Shown here in pieces: positions 13,006-28,069 of a stretch of DNA of 64,000 bases (position 1 is the first letter of the stretch; every line of letters starts with the position of its first letter). This DNA is from Psammoneis japonica (Eukaryota). The stretch spans positions 62,001 to 126,000 of the forward strand of contig QPGO01000179.1 in the NCBI GenBank assembly GCA_008632985.1, read 5' to 3'. Position numbers and translations under genes: made by a program. The notes beneath the pieces are model-generated. The model did not search any database, had not been told where the DNA came from, and saw only the letters and a list, made by a program, of their open reading frames with translations.

Positions 13006-13648
13006 ACACGGTTGTTGGCGCCCCAGACACGAGGAATCTCTTCGAGAATCTTCTTCTTGTGGTGACAAACATGTGCCGGACAAAAACTCTTAATTGCTTC
13101 ATTGTCCCACCAATCAAAGAAGAGAGACTGCACACAGATGTCCAGAAACACCACTGGTTGTGCTCTTGCTTGGTGGCGGCCCCAGCTGCTGTGCACAACT
13201 TGCCGTGTTCTGCAACAAGTTGCCGTGCAGCAGAGCAACCTCCTCTTGTCAAAAGTTTTAAAATGAAAAAGTGCAGGGCCAGGTCTGACGATGAGTCATT
13301 GACAAACGAATGTCAGCTTCCCCAAAGCGCCTCTCTCTAGAGCAGCAGCAGTGAGAGAGTGTGGATGGCATCAGAAAGACGCGGAGACTGGAGAGGAGGT
13401 TGGCGGTCGTGGATTTTGTGGTGGCGGATCAACAGTTTCCCACGCATTTGAGTCTTGTGAACGCAACGTGCTGACACACACACTGAAAGAGGAAAGAGCA
13501 AGCGGCATGCAGCGAGAGGATGACGATGCTTTCGCAGTTCTCCAGCTCGCTGGACGGGAAGCGAAGTACGAAGCAGCTTCTGTTGCCAAAGATCCTCTTG
13601 ATTGTATTGCTTTTCTTTGAAAAAGCCTCTGCACTTGCGTCTGACAAC

Positions 13649-14571
13649 ATGGCATCTACAAGTTCGGCTGCAGCAGAGGTAGCAAAGAACTGGAGTAAAA
13701 CAGCCTCCTCGTATGTCAAGTACTTTGAGCCGACCACCTTGGCAGTGGGGCGCTTCATGCTCAACTGTATGAAGCTGCAGTTTCAAGATCATCCGCTTAA
13801 AGTCATTGAAGCAGGTGCAGGTGCTGGAGGACTTGCAAAAGAGTTATGCGGACTCAATGGGCTCGAGTTGGAGCAACTGCATGTCACGGATATCGCAGAC
13901 GGCATGCTCGAGAATGCACAAGAGAAGCTTCAAGGCATCGAATAAATCAAAGTCGAGACGGCAAACTTCTGCAAGCTTCAATACGATGATTCAACTTTTG
14001 ATCGATGCTATGCTAACATGTGTGTGAGTTGGACGGTACTGTAAATTGGTTTGTTCTTTCGAGGTCTGTAGCTCAACTCTGAATCTGCTCACTTGTGATA
14101 CCGAAGCTTCATTATGCTGAAGATCCTGATCCCGTCATTACCGAGGCGAGCCGTATTCTCAAAACGGGAGGCATCGCGGGCTTCACCATTTGGGGTCGAT
14201 CCAATGACAGTGAACTAATGACTATTGTACCAGACGTGTTGGATGAATTCGGCTTGGATCCCAAGGACCCAAACAAGCGAACCAGTTTTCATCTCGGCGA
14301 AGATGACGTCGCCTTGAGGACGAAATTTCTTGATTTAGGCTTTAGCAAATGTGTGGTAATGCATTACCCTGGTGTCATTGAGTGCTTTGATCCGGCGGCC
14401 TACGTTGAATGCATTATTGATGGAGCTGCGTCGACCAAAAAGCAAGTCGAGTCGTACTCTAAGGAGGATCAGAGAAGAATTCGCGAAGAAGTATATCAAC
14501 ACGCAAAGAGAATCTTGGACCAAGGTAAGCCACTGATGCTCGACATGGGTGTCATTGTGGCGCAGAAGTAG
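13649..14571 (+). pseudogene. Class I SAM-dependent methyltransferase (UbiE/Methyltransf_11-like) with an in-frame stop
   Basis: Motif I VIEAGAGAGG; TDIADGML; YDDSTFDRCYANMC|LHYAEDP; intron 14024-14106 (GT..AG); in-frame TAA at 13943-13945, with homology continuing in frame. Confidence 0.8.
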
Positions 14572-15045
14572 AAATAATGAAGACTGTATTATGGTACGAA
14601 GCAAGACGCACGCGGGTCCCATGTGGTACGAGAAAAGCAAAACCGCATTGCCATCGCTTTTTCTTGTGCCCAAAACTTACATAGCTAGAAGTAGTTTGAA
14701 AGCCTAGGCCCTACACTTTTTGTTTCAGATACGTCTGTACAGTAGAGATCAGAGAAGGCCGAAAAGTATGTCGCCGTTTGGTTGTCCTTACTACATGATG
14801 CTCGTATGTACGAGAGAGAGAGAGAGAGAGCAACAGTGCATCTGCAGCGACTTTGCGCAGAACAACAAACGAGGACGGAAGCTTTTCTTTTGCTTTAATC
14901 CCTCTTTCGCCGAATCTCTACCTACTGTATACTCTCTACTAGAGACACTTCTACATCACCAAGTACCAACTCTAGAATATAATAACACCGGATCCGCTAT
15001 GATTATCTCTACTATATAACTACACCTTTTTCAAAACAAAAATAG

Positions 15046-15140
15046 CAGTGTTCCCTACGCACGAACTACCGTGTTCAGGTTCAGACGGTATAATCTCAGC
15101 GCCATTCTATTGTATATTGAATGGTGCACCCGTACATCTG
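15046..15140 (-). promoter_or_regulatory. TPP (THI-box) riboswitch aptamer in the thiC 3' UTR
   Basis: Minus strand reads cagatgtACGGGTGC-accattc..gaatggc-GCTGAGAttATACCGTcTGAACCTGAacacggtagttcgtGCGTAGGGAAcactg. It has the canonical GCUGAGA, AUACC, UGAACCUGA and CGUAGGGAA elements with pairable P1-P5, about 200 nt after the thiC stop. Confidence 0.92.
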
Positions 15141-15337
15141 CATGACTTCCGCCCAATCTGAGGATAATGTTGATAGTAACACAATACATACCGGTACACG
15201 TCAAGGCGGAACAAGCAAGGGACGTCGTTTTCGCCAAATAATACTACCAAAACAACACACATCCTCCTTCTCGTTCTTACCCCATACACACTACACCCAA
15301 ACACACTAAATCAACAGACAAATACCTCCATCATTGT

Positions 15338-16896
<1,559 letters not shown>

Positions 16897-18409
16897 AACA
16901 ACCGTGCCGTCTCGTCGCCGATCCTCTTTTCCTTCAAGGTATTAATATAAGTTACAATGTGACAATGAAGGCATCAATCCAACCGATCGGAGAGCAACCT
17001 TTTGGCTCTCGCTGACAGCCGAGGCGCAACATAGAAAAGTGATTGCGGAGTAAACGAGTCGCAAAAGCGTCCAGGGAGAGAGCGTACATCATTTCGATAC
17101 GCCAAACAGTCAACGACAGTCAATTGACGATAGACAACAAGCATTCATTGCCATCACGTTATTGAGCGGTAGTCGAACGCGAATGCAGAGAACGCAGCGC
17201 CGCAAACACCATGGCGACGCCTGGTTTTATTTTGCAAAGTTGGTGCGTGACGCGTGACACTGCGTATGTAGAAATGATACGAGCTTCTCTAGTAGTATAC
17301 GTCAGGCGTGATTGAAGATGACGTACGAACTGTTTGTTAACAAAATATTCAGTACTCAAAAGTGTTTCAAATGAAGCTGACAGGTTCGCGGACGGACCGC
17401 TTCCAACCATTCAACGAATGTGTTCTCAAAAATTGCAGCCAACCTGACAGGGGGGTCTACTCTCTCATCATTCTTGAAAGAAAACCATAAATAAAGAAGG
17501 TTATTCCTTGTTGATTTGGTTGCTGCTAGTGTTACCCCTCATCTCTGCTGTGCATGAGCTAGCCTGCAGCATCATTTGTTCAATGACAAGACAGCCATTT
17601 CTCATCAAAGCAGGTTGGCTTTTGTCATTGCTCCAGTTTTTTGCTGGTGTCAAGACTTTGTTTTGGTTGTTGCTGCTCTCTCAAGAAGAAAATGAGTTGG
17701 CCTGTTTTTGACATGGGCCAAATTGCTCTGTGACGCAACCAGTCTTTCAATTTTGACAGTTTTGCACAAGGTTTTCATGTCAAAGTTGCTTGGTCGGGTT
17801 TTGTGGTTTCTGTTGTTAAAGGAGGAGGAGATGTGTCACACAAGTGTCTTTTTTGGATGAAATGTTAAATGCTGCTCATGTGCCATGTAATTCCATGTTT
17901 TGCCCACCAACAAACAATGGAAAACATGTCACCACCTCTGCCACATTTGCACAGCATCAACGACAATGCTGCCACCACCGCTGCAGACAAAGGCTTTTGA
18001 TGCAAGCATGGCAACTGGATTGTCAAACTCCCCAGACAAACCCGTCATTTAAAAATTGGATTGAAGCAACGTTTCAGCAAATGGTTGTGCAACAATCACA
18101 TCATGCAAAACAGTTGTCCCCAACATCACCACTGTTGCCGACTCCACCACCTCAATTCTTGCCAACTTTTGCAACCTGAGGAGGCATTGAACCAAGAACA
18201 CTGGCAGAACTGTGAAAAAGCCAAAGCAAGCAGAATGAATGTGAACATTGTAGCTGAATGCCGCAGCCTGGATGGTTGTTGACTGCAGTGCCTAGCCTCA
18301 TGTCCACGAACTCCTCATTGCCACACACACTTCAAGAGGGGACAGACCTCGCATGGACCAAATTGCAGCAATAAAATGCTGCAGGCAAAACCCAATGGCA
18401 TCCGCTCAA

Positions 18410-18660
18410 GTGACACATGAAAAGGAATGTTGATTGTCACATTCCATTCAACTCAGTCTGTTTTGCCCCTCAAATGTCCTCAACACAAACTCAGAACCCA
18501 CATGTGAACAGGAACATTGGCTGTCACATTCCACTCACTCAGTCGTTCTGCCTCCTCAAACATCCTCAAGACAAACTCAGAACCCACATGTGAACAGGAA
18601 TGTTGATTGTCACATTCTGTTCAACTCAGTCCATTCTGCCTCCTCAAATGTCCTCAGCAG
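18410..18660. repeat. ~86-bp tandem repeat, ~3 units
   Basis: cacatgtgaacaggaatgttgattgtcacattc..caactcagtc recurs at about 18413, 18499 and 18585. Confidence 0.8.
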
Positions 18661-21600
18661 CAATTCAGAAACTGTGCTTTCTCTGATGCCATCTCTGACA
18701 TGGAGGGCTGCTTCCAATGCCAACAGCAGCAGCCAGCTGCTGCCACTGTCTTTAGGAAGATTGGGCTCAGCAGATTAACTCGGCACAGCAAAAGATTGAC
18801 TTTGGAATCTGGACTCCACTGCCAAATCCATTTGCAAACACCACCCATCCTTGCGTGCATCCTTGTGGGCCCGCCAGAGCAGTCATCAATTCCCGATTCC
18901 CATGTCAAAAGTGATCACATGACACACAAGTTGACATGACAATGAGACCCCACAGCGACGCGGCACGATGCATGGAGAAGAAACAGCAGCCGAGCACAAC
19001 AATGATGGCCCATGACAGCGTCCAATTTTAACTTCACGACAACCAAAGTGACGCCATTCGAACCGCCATGTCACTGTCAGTCTGTGTGCATTGTTTCTCT
19101 TTTGTTCACAGCAATCAACATAAACTCACAGAGCCATTTCACCTTGCAACAATTGACAACATTTTGAACACACTTCTCATGCCATTTCGACCCCTTGAAC
19201 TTAAATCAAACCACACAACAACAGGATGATTGAGTTTGTCACACCCAAATTGGTCAAGTTGGTTCTTGACGTGTTGCAAGGGGCAATCTCTGCCACCTTG
19301 TGCATTGAGTTTGTATGATGAACAAAAACAGAAAGATTTTGGAATGCAGCAGGTCTGTTGCATCAAGAGCTGCACTGCATGGCACCGTTTCCAACACGGT
19401 CGTGTCACACACACTTCATTTTGTTGATTCACGCTGCTTGTGCTGTCGCAAGTTTGATCAAGTCACCAAAAACAACCGCAGATCGCCATGGCGAGTTGCA
19501 CAGGCGGCTGTCATGTGGTTGCATGTAGAAATCTACGTGAGACATGGCATGTGACGCACTGAGAATGCGGCACGGCATTCTGTGGAATCTCAATGATTGA
19601 GCCAAGGCTGTGATGCCCGCAGTCACAGCATGGAAAAAGAATCAGGAGTGTTTGGATCGTGGATTCCCCATTTTTGAGTTGATCCTGCAGACCTGACAGT
19701 TGATCCTCTGAGCACATTTTTCCCTGTCTTTGCCTTCACCACTGCTGCCATCACCACCACCACCTCCACCGCCTGACACTGCCAATTTTTCCAACACAAC
19801 AGCAGTCCACCCCAGGGCGTTTGCTTTCAATTTTGATTTTTGAACAGCATCTGATGCCACCACTTCCACTGCTTCCACCCCCCGGGGCACCACTGGAGGC
19901 GCTTCCTCATTTTGGAGAAATTTGTTGGTTCTGACATTGCTGCTCAATCAGCGCAGTTGTGCCTCATCTCCTTGTTCAAACTGGGTCACAAAGAAACAGA
20001 AGAGAGAGGTTGTTGCATCATTTGTTTTGTCAGCTGCTGTTTTCATGATTGTCCCTTTTGAGCATGCTGCCGTGAATTTGGAGTGCAGTGCTGTTGACAA
20101 TGCTGAAAAGCTGCGTGTCAAACATGATGCTGCTGCAAAGTCTGGAGCTTGCTGCAAAAAATCAAGGTGTCAGAAAATTGATCTGTTTTGGTGCCGGCGT
20201 GATCCCAGATTTGCCAGCTCTTTTGCCTTGAGACAGGAGTTCCACAGCGTCAATGACAGAGACAAAACAAGGCCAGAGAAGACCATTTGATCTGCAGCAG
20301 TGGTCCTGGAGAACTCATGTGCTGCTCCCAGTCTTGGCTGTGGTTTGAGAAGGTGCGGCATTGTTTGAGCAGGCGTGTGCAAGTGACAAGTCCCTGGCGA
20401 AGACACCACAACACAGCATTTGTGTCGGTGGACAGTGTGCAGAAATGAGAATCCACTTGGACACCTCCTGTGGTGGAGGAACACAGGAGGTGCAGGTCCA
20501 AATGCATGAGAGGCACGTGTTTGCGCTCTTCTCCATCATCACCATTGTTCTGTTGGCACCATTTGTTCTGTCAGCGCCCCCTTCAGATCCGTCTCCACCA
20601 GATCCATCCATTCTGTTCAGACTGGAATCTTTGCCTCTTTCTCCCCACCTGTCCAATGTTGCCATCCTTTCCATCAACACCTCCCATTTCATCAGCAATG
20701 GAAACTGCCTTTGCCAACACAGAGAAATTTGAAACATGCAAAATGACAATTGCAGAAACTGCAGCTGCTCCTGCCAGAAGCCACACTCACAGGGATCACT
20801 TGATCCTCACCAAGGATTGCTTGATCTGATGCGTGCAGCCTCTCAGTTCCACATCTTCAGCTGCAATTGAGCCAGCATTGTTCATGAGCCAGCATTGTTC
20901 CTGAGACACCAAAAAATGAAGTTGGCGTTGCTGTTTGGACCCAACAGAATGAGTGGCCAAAGTGAAACCGGCCCATCCTTGTCTTGACGCATCAGCCCAA
21001 CTCATCTGGCAGCAACAATTCATCTCATCTTGATCTTCAATTCTGGGCATGTCCACTTCTTTGAATGTGTGCAAAGCTTCTCTGATTTCTCTGGGTGAAA
21101 TTGTCAGGTTGGTTGGAACAATCTGTCAACCGCAGATGCTCTAGACATGGCAGTGCCAGAACCCCTTTTGGAACTTTGATCAATGCTGCTCTGTCTTGGG
21201 GCACGCATCAGACACTCTGATGGTGTTTTTCCAAATGGATTGTTGCAGTGTTGCCAATGCATCAATGCATTTGAAAATTGCACACATGTTGAAGTTTGAC
21301 AAAAATCAGACCAGGCAAGAAACCAGTGCAGCCACCACCAACACACATTCTTCTTGCCGTGAACTGACCTGCACCAAGGTGGATTCCAAACACATTTGCC
21401 CAGCATGCTGTTGGAATCCAAGCCCTTTGCCTTGGCCTCATCCTCATTCCTTGTGGATGAGGATGCTTTCTTGGTGCTCAGAAGCGCCTTGAAAGCATCC
21501 CACACTGGCGTGCTCCGTGCTGGGTGTGATTCCTTGTTGGGCAAATGCCTGATTCCGGGTGCACAGGCAGGCAATCACTTGCTGGCACAGTGTTTCATTT

Positions 21601-23499
21601 TGCACATTTGTGCACAAATTCTCCTGTCAGTTGCAGCAGGGAAAATGCTCCGACTGCCTAAAACCAAAACAGAGGGTGCTGCACAAAGCAATTTGCATTT
21701 TTCCCAAGCACAAAAATCATGTGTTCACTGCAAGTTGACCATGGCAACGCCAATTGCTCCAGATCTGTCCACCAACCCCTGACTTGGGCCCATCAATGTG
21801 GACATCGTAGCGTCCACTGGAACAAGCAATGTGCTTGTCAATGGAGAGCTTTTGCATTGGCGTTCAATGCACACTTTGACCAGCAAAATTGCACATTTTT
21901 TGGGCTTTTCTGCTGCTTTCTGATGCAGGTTCTGGCTCACCAAATGACATGTTTCTGCCAGATCCCATTGCTCAATCCTCTGTCATCAATGTTTCAGTTG
22001 CTGTGTTTGCAAACGCCCTTTTGCTTGCCAGAGAGCAAGGTGGGGTCCAGCATCCTTGTTTCAGTGCAGAAGAAAAACCCATTGTCTGCAGCTTGTTTGC
22101 TCTGCTAAAACTTTCAAAACAGGTGGCAAAGAGCAGACAAAGCCCCTTTGTCCAGCCTGCAAAGCTGCAACTCCTGCTTCTTTGAGAGCTTGGCTGTGCC
22201 AGACCTGCACAGAAACTCACACAACTCCCCCCCCCCTCTGCTGTCCAGTGCGTGTGCAATCAAACTCGCTCATCATGCTGCACATCAGTCAAATGGCTGG
22301 ATTTTATGTGCAACTCCACATGAAATCGTGTGATCAGGACAAAGCAGCTTTGCCCGCCTGTTTCACCTGTGCAACTCTTCTGCGCATGCTGGCATGAATT
22401 CAAGACAAAGCAGAAATCCATCTTTGCCACCTGTTTTGATGTTTTGCGATGTTGTTTGCATTCATCTGTGTGCTGACGTGCTCACAGTCAGTCCCCTTTT
22501 GCCCTTCATTCAGATCAGTGTGGAAAAATCATGCAACAAGCTCTGCAACACCAAGAAACAGACCTGCTGGGATTGGATTTCCAAACAATTCAAGCAAAAC
22601 AATTTTTGGAGATGATGAACAGGCTGCCAAAGCAAGTGAATTGCACGGTGTTTTGTTCAGGTTAACTCCGCTGATTGTTCCCAACGATGTGTTGATCAAT
22701 CTTTTTCTGCACATTTCTTTGGCGCCAATTCTCAGCGCGCTGGACAACTTGACGACAACTCAACAACAGCTCAATTTGAACACAAGAGCCCAGCAGCACA
22801 AGTTCCTCACCCACTTCATGACAACTCAAAAATGACTCAAGATGCACAGGTGGGCCTGCTCAACAACAACTCAAGACACGCATGAGAGCGCACTGTCCAT
22901 GCACGATGCTCACGACAACAACTCGTTGCCTCTGCTGCAGGCAGCAGCTCAAAAAAGGCCAACTCATTGACAGAACTGCACGATTGTGACTCTGGAGGCA
23001 CACTTTAGAGAAACACAGTCTTGACCAGCAGAGTTGCATGATCGTGACTTTGGAGGCAGCCTGCACAGATGCACAAACCAGTGGTTTTGAAGACTGCATT
23101 CTTCAGGCAACAGAGATGATCATTCTTGTGCAACAAACCACATGGTTTTTTTGTTGTTCTCACCTTTGTGGCTCAGAAGCTTTTTCTTTTCCCAGCAAAT
23201 CTTGTGACATGGCTTGTTTGGCCATGCATGATGGAGCAGGTTCAAGATGCTGACACGTGGCTGTTGTACAGCATGGAGCTGTCTGGGGACACCCACACAG
23301 ATGCTCCATCATGTGAGGATCTGGGTGGGAGACAGATTCAAATGAAATGCTCCAGCGGATGCTGCCGCATTGATGTGTGCCCCCCCAGATCAAGCCAACC
23401 TTGAACTGCGGCCCTTTGCCATGGAACATGCCGCCCATTTTTGGAGTCACTTGCCTCAGCAACTTTCTCGCCTTGCTCCTGTCTGGGTCTTCTTGGGTC

Positions 23500-25110
23500 A
23501 ACGTTTTGATTCTTGTGATCACTTGCACCACCTCCACATGTGGGGTTGCCCTGCTTCTTACGTTCTTGACCCAAATTGCAAGACAACAAGAAGATCCCAA
23601 AATTGAGCTCACAATCTTGTTGTGGACATTGTCTGGGCATTGCTCCAGATCACTCCAACAACATCGGACAACAGATCCTGAACCTCAACACTGGCTTCAT
23701 GAGTTCACAACACCATGTGGTCCATGACGACCATTTTGCTTTGGCACCTGATGCTGATTCCAGAGACGTCTTGGCGATGCCCTGTTTGATGCTGAAACAT
23801 GGCGCTCCATCCTTGACACCAGACCCTTCTGATGATCCAAGACATGGTTCACCCTGCCTCCGCGATGATTGGTTTACGGCGCACCAGCGCGCGCACCGCA
23901 CCTGCCACCGCCAGTCCCGAAAAGTGACCAAACCTGCTTCCACAAACACCCCACCCGCCACCCAGGACATTTCTGGCTCCTCTTCCATCTCTGCTCCAGA
24001 GGGAGCAACTGCGCCCCCAAAACATCCAACTGACAATGATGCAGTGGACCTGGGAGCATTCACTCCAGAGGGAGCCAAACCTCCAGAGGGAGGGGCGCAA
24101 TCTCCACCTCCGCCGGAGCCACCGGACAACAGTGGTTTGTTGCTCGTAGATCATTTGATCTCCCAGATGACGACAACACAGTTGCATCTGATGACACGCC
24201 ACAGCCATCACCTCTCCACCTCAAGATGTGAAACCTGAAATGACCACTTGGAGTGGCCGTGCAATTTGGAACAAACCTTCACCCTCATTGACTGGATGAC
24301 AGCTCATGTGTCCTTCTCAAACACCAAGTCTCCACAAGCTCAAAAAAAGCTCAAACGGACTGTCAAGGCTGAATCTTTGAATCAGCAGTTCTTGATGTCC
24401 CCACAATCATGGGAAAAGATCACTCATGCTCCTCTCCAATCTCGTGACCTCAATGCCATGTTTGACATCTTGCGTGCCAATGCCAACACAGACCACAACA
24501 CAGTCAAAGAATTTCACCCTTTGGTCTTTGCAGCCAAGGCAAACTGGGCTGACAACCCCACTTGGGACCAAGCAATGAATGGGCCAGACACCAGACCATG
24601 CAGCCCATCTGAAGGCTTGCGACGTCAAACTGGATGCTCCAGCAAAATGCAAAGATTCTTGGGATGTTGTGGACTGCGTGAAGATTGGATGAACGTCCTG
24701 CCATCTGCTTCTTGGGCGTTCAAATGCAAGCGATTTCAATTGGTCGCATCAAGAAGAAACACAAGGCTTGCTTTTGTGTTCTTGGCGACAAGCAGCTTGA
24801 AGGCATTGATTGTTTTGACACCTTTGCTCCAGCAGCAAATTGGGCGACTGTGCGCTTTGCATGCTTGTTTTGTCTCAAATCTTGCAACTTTCAATGAAAC
24901 AGGTTGACTGTGTTGCAGCCTTTACACACACTCCAGTCCACAAGGACCCTGATTTTGACAAGTTTTTGCCAGAGAAACAAGCACGTTCCACGTTCCACCG
25001 TCATTGTTGAGACACCCCGTGGCTTCAAGCAACCTGGCAAGGTCCCACAGCTCAAGAAGTCTGTCCATGGACTCAAACAGGAAAACTTCTTTTTGCACCT
25101 CAAGGATCCA
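23500..25110 (+). mobile_element. Ty1/Copia (CoDi-like) pol remnant: integrase C-terminal region and RT N-terminus
   Basis: HMWGCPASYVLDP, QDNKKIPK, ILNLNTGFMSSQHHVVHDDHF (QYHVVYDD with Y->H), DNPTWDQAMNGPD, WAFKCKRF, GDKQLEGIDCFDTFAP, LKKSVHGLKQ (LYGLKQ). Confidence 0.88.
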
Positions 25111-27103
25111 CTCCATCACTTCCACGGATGTCAAAAAGGACATGTGCGAGATTGCGGCCAAGCTCTGTGGCTTGGACCCAAATGACGAGAAGGACAAGCA
25201 GTCTCCTCATTCCCCCGCAGTCAATGGCAGCCATCATCAACTCCACTGCCTCAAAAAAACCCGCGACCAACTGGCAAGCTCACCTTGGGCCTTTGGGTAG
25301 ATGCAGACTTTGCTGAACTCACTGCAATGTGATGAGATTCAAGCGCCACTCAAACGGACCATTGACAATCAAGTGGGATGCTTTCAACCCAGCAAAGAAG
25401 AGCAACTTTTCTTTCACAAGGAGGAAACCGCAAATGCCACCGTCACATGCTGGCAATTGGAAGGACCCATCAATTTCACGTCATTGACGATTTGATGCAC
25501 CGCATTCAAGAACGCAGTGTCAAAGAAAACAGCACTGTGTTGGACATGCAGCACGTGACCACGGTGAATGCAGCTGTCTTTTGATCCCCAATGTGGCTCA
25601 AAGCAATGAGGTTCATTCTTTGAAGAGCACAAGACCAATGGGTTTTGTTGGAATTCACACATCCTCTGTCAAACATGAAGACTTCTTCTGCAATTTGAGC
25701 TTGGACAAGAAGACATCTGATGTCAATCAGTTTGAGAAAGTTGCCTGCACGGTGCAGCAAAACTTGCTGAAACATGTTCAACTGAAGTGTGCACGCAACT
25801 TCAGCAAATGCTGCTGAAACATGAGTCCTGTTTGCTTCAGCAAAGCTGGCACTTTGATGTGCTCCACATGCAAAATGACCAAAACGCTCAGCCCCATTTT
25901 GCCCTTTGCCGGCGGAGTCAATTTGAGACAACACGGACACTGGAAATGGCTCTTGTCTGTCAAAAAAAAGGAAACATGACCATTGTGCTTCACACCAAGA
26001 AGGAGTTGGTCAACTTTTCCAAGACAAGGAGTGCCCCAACACCACCTCCACTTGCATCTCTTCTGAGTCAAGTTTGAGTGGCTTTAAGATTTTGTGGGCC
26101 ATGAGGTGATTCGCATGTTTGCTTCTTTTCAAAAACTTGAAATTTGTGCACTGGTTGATCATTTTGCTCAAACCAATGGCCCCTGTTGCCATCTGCAAAA
26201 AGTCCCCCACATCCTTTAGATGGGTGTCCACCGCACAACAACGTGTGCTTGCTCTGGACATTGAGCCATCTGTGAGCAAACTTCAACCTGCTTGGTTCAT
26301 GTTTTTTCTGCATGTTGTCCATGCAAAAAACAATGTGCACAATCATGCATGCCATGTGTGCAGTGCACTGCTGCGTCCCTGCTCAATTTTCAGCACGAGC
26401 TCGAATTTTCACAGAAGCGCGCTGAGAGTTTCTGTGCATTCGCGCAGATTTTGCACCAGTTGCATCGTAGATTGATGTTGATCACCAGCCCAGACAAGCT
26501 CTCAGTTGGACACAAAACATTTTTCAAGACTGCCAGCTTGGTTGACAGGTTTCGAGGTTGGTTTTGTGCGGCGCAAACACGCGGCTTTCTGCACAGATGG
26601 CTCAGGAACGCGCCCCATTCCTGAGCCATTGCAGGTGCTCAGGAGTGCACTGCGCACTTCTGTGCCAAAGCAGGGGCATGCAATTCTTCAGTGTCAGGTC
26701 TTCCAAACAGCTTGAAGATTAGAGTGCTCAACAAATGGCGGCTGTGGTGAAAAACAAATTGAGCTTGGATCTGCCTGCTGCATGCGTCGACCATCAACCA
26801 GCCGCTGATTCTCATGTGAGTTGCAGTTGCATCAAGAAATTTGCACAAAGCACCTGACACTGGGGGCACAATCAATGGCAAGCACCAAATTTCCTCTCAT
26901 TGCACATTGCTGTGTTTCTCAGCGCCCTCTTCCTGGCAGCAGAAAAAGTGGGAAGAAGCGTCACAAGAAGCCCATTCCAGTGGCCCAAGACTGGCTCACA
27001 TGAATTGCACATGCCTGTGTTAGATTTGACAAAAAGAAAACATGAAAAACATGAGGAAAGCATGAGTTGTGGGTGATGTTTCATCATTGCAAATGACACT
27101 GCT

Positions 27104-27500
27104 GACGGGTTCCAGTCCCAGGCGGGACTCCGTGTGACACTGGGCCCGCAGAATTCTGCGTGCGAGCTCCGCAGCAAATTCACACTGCAATGAAAACACA
27201 AATGATCGCCAACAGAAAAAGAGGCAATTTTACGAACGTGTCTCCTCCTTCACACTTGGAGCACATCATTGACAGTTTGCCCGGGCACATTCTGCAGACA
27301 TTGAAGAACACACCCAGCGCATTTTTGTTCTCACAAATGTTGAAAATGGAAAGCCTTTGGCTTCGCAAAATGGGGAGCATGAAACAATTTTGTAGAACAC
27401 AACACGTAGAAATGCACGTGTGCGACATGCAACGCGATCCAAAAAACTGTTGATGTCACAGTGCAGCAGTGCGAGGTCCCACCCAGAGCTGGAACGCGAC
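27104..27500 (-). mobile_element. MITE copy C (inverted, diverged interior)
   Basis: TIRs gacgggttccagtcccaggcgggactcc / ggtcccacccagagctggaacgcgac; flanks TGCT / TGCC(A); about 3 TA left. Confidence 0.85.
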
Positions 27501-27932
27501 TGCCAACGGATGATGCTCACTTGCTTGGTGGAGTGTTGGCATCCATTTCCCCACCGCAACTTTGCAACCTGGTCCAGTCAAAGTCAGGCAGAGGTGACAG
27601 AAGGTAAAAATTCAGCCTGCACAAAAAGTGGAAGGCTTGCAAAAAAACGACATCTTTGTTGCTTGGGTTCGTCGTCTGTTGTGCGTCGGATCACTGATTC
27701 CACATGACAGACGACAGACGAGCTGAGACGAGCTGAGACGCCCACGACGCTCGCGGAGCGGCCACCGCTGCGTAGAAATGGCATTTTGTACTGTGACGTC
27801 ATCTTGCACGTAGATTCTACGGCAGTACTGTACTGTAAAGCCGCTCCTTCCTTCTTTTTTTGGGCCGAAATTCAGATCTGCCTCCAACAATTCTCAGTAC
27901 AAAAAATACGTAAAAGTTACTGAACGAAAATG

Positions 27933-28069
27933 GTGAGTCGCCGTTCATCGGTAAAAACGTTGTTGCTTGCGTTCTTGCATCAAAAGTAACGATGTTTTGC
28001 TTTGATCTCATTATTGACTCATGTATCTAACATGTTGTGCTAAAACATCGCTACTTTTGCCACTTGCAG
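27933..28069 (+). other. Putative spliceosomal intron directly after an ATG, with internal hairpin
   Basis: AAAATG|GTGAGT...CTAAC...TTGCAG; agtaacgatgttttgc pairs with gctaaaacatcgctact; paralogous to 29858-29988. Confidence 0.5.

Larger units (their letters stand above)
1..13560. other. TpA-depleted, transposon-rich domain 1
   Basis: TA is almost absent except in the MITE at 10033-10421; CA/TG is strongly enriched; ORFs lack Tyr and are rich in Cys/His/Gln. Confidence 0.9.
17560..27770. other. TpA-depleted, transposon-rich domain 2
   Basis: TA nearly absent; contains a Copia remnant, MITE copy C and unclassified degenerate elements. Confidence 0.9.

Noticed and set aside
19100..22850. Second hAT-like transposase
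   Set aside because: Only vague motif hints; too degenerate to assign without an HMM search on TA-reverted sequence.
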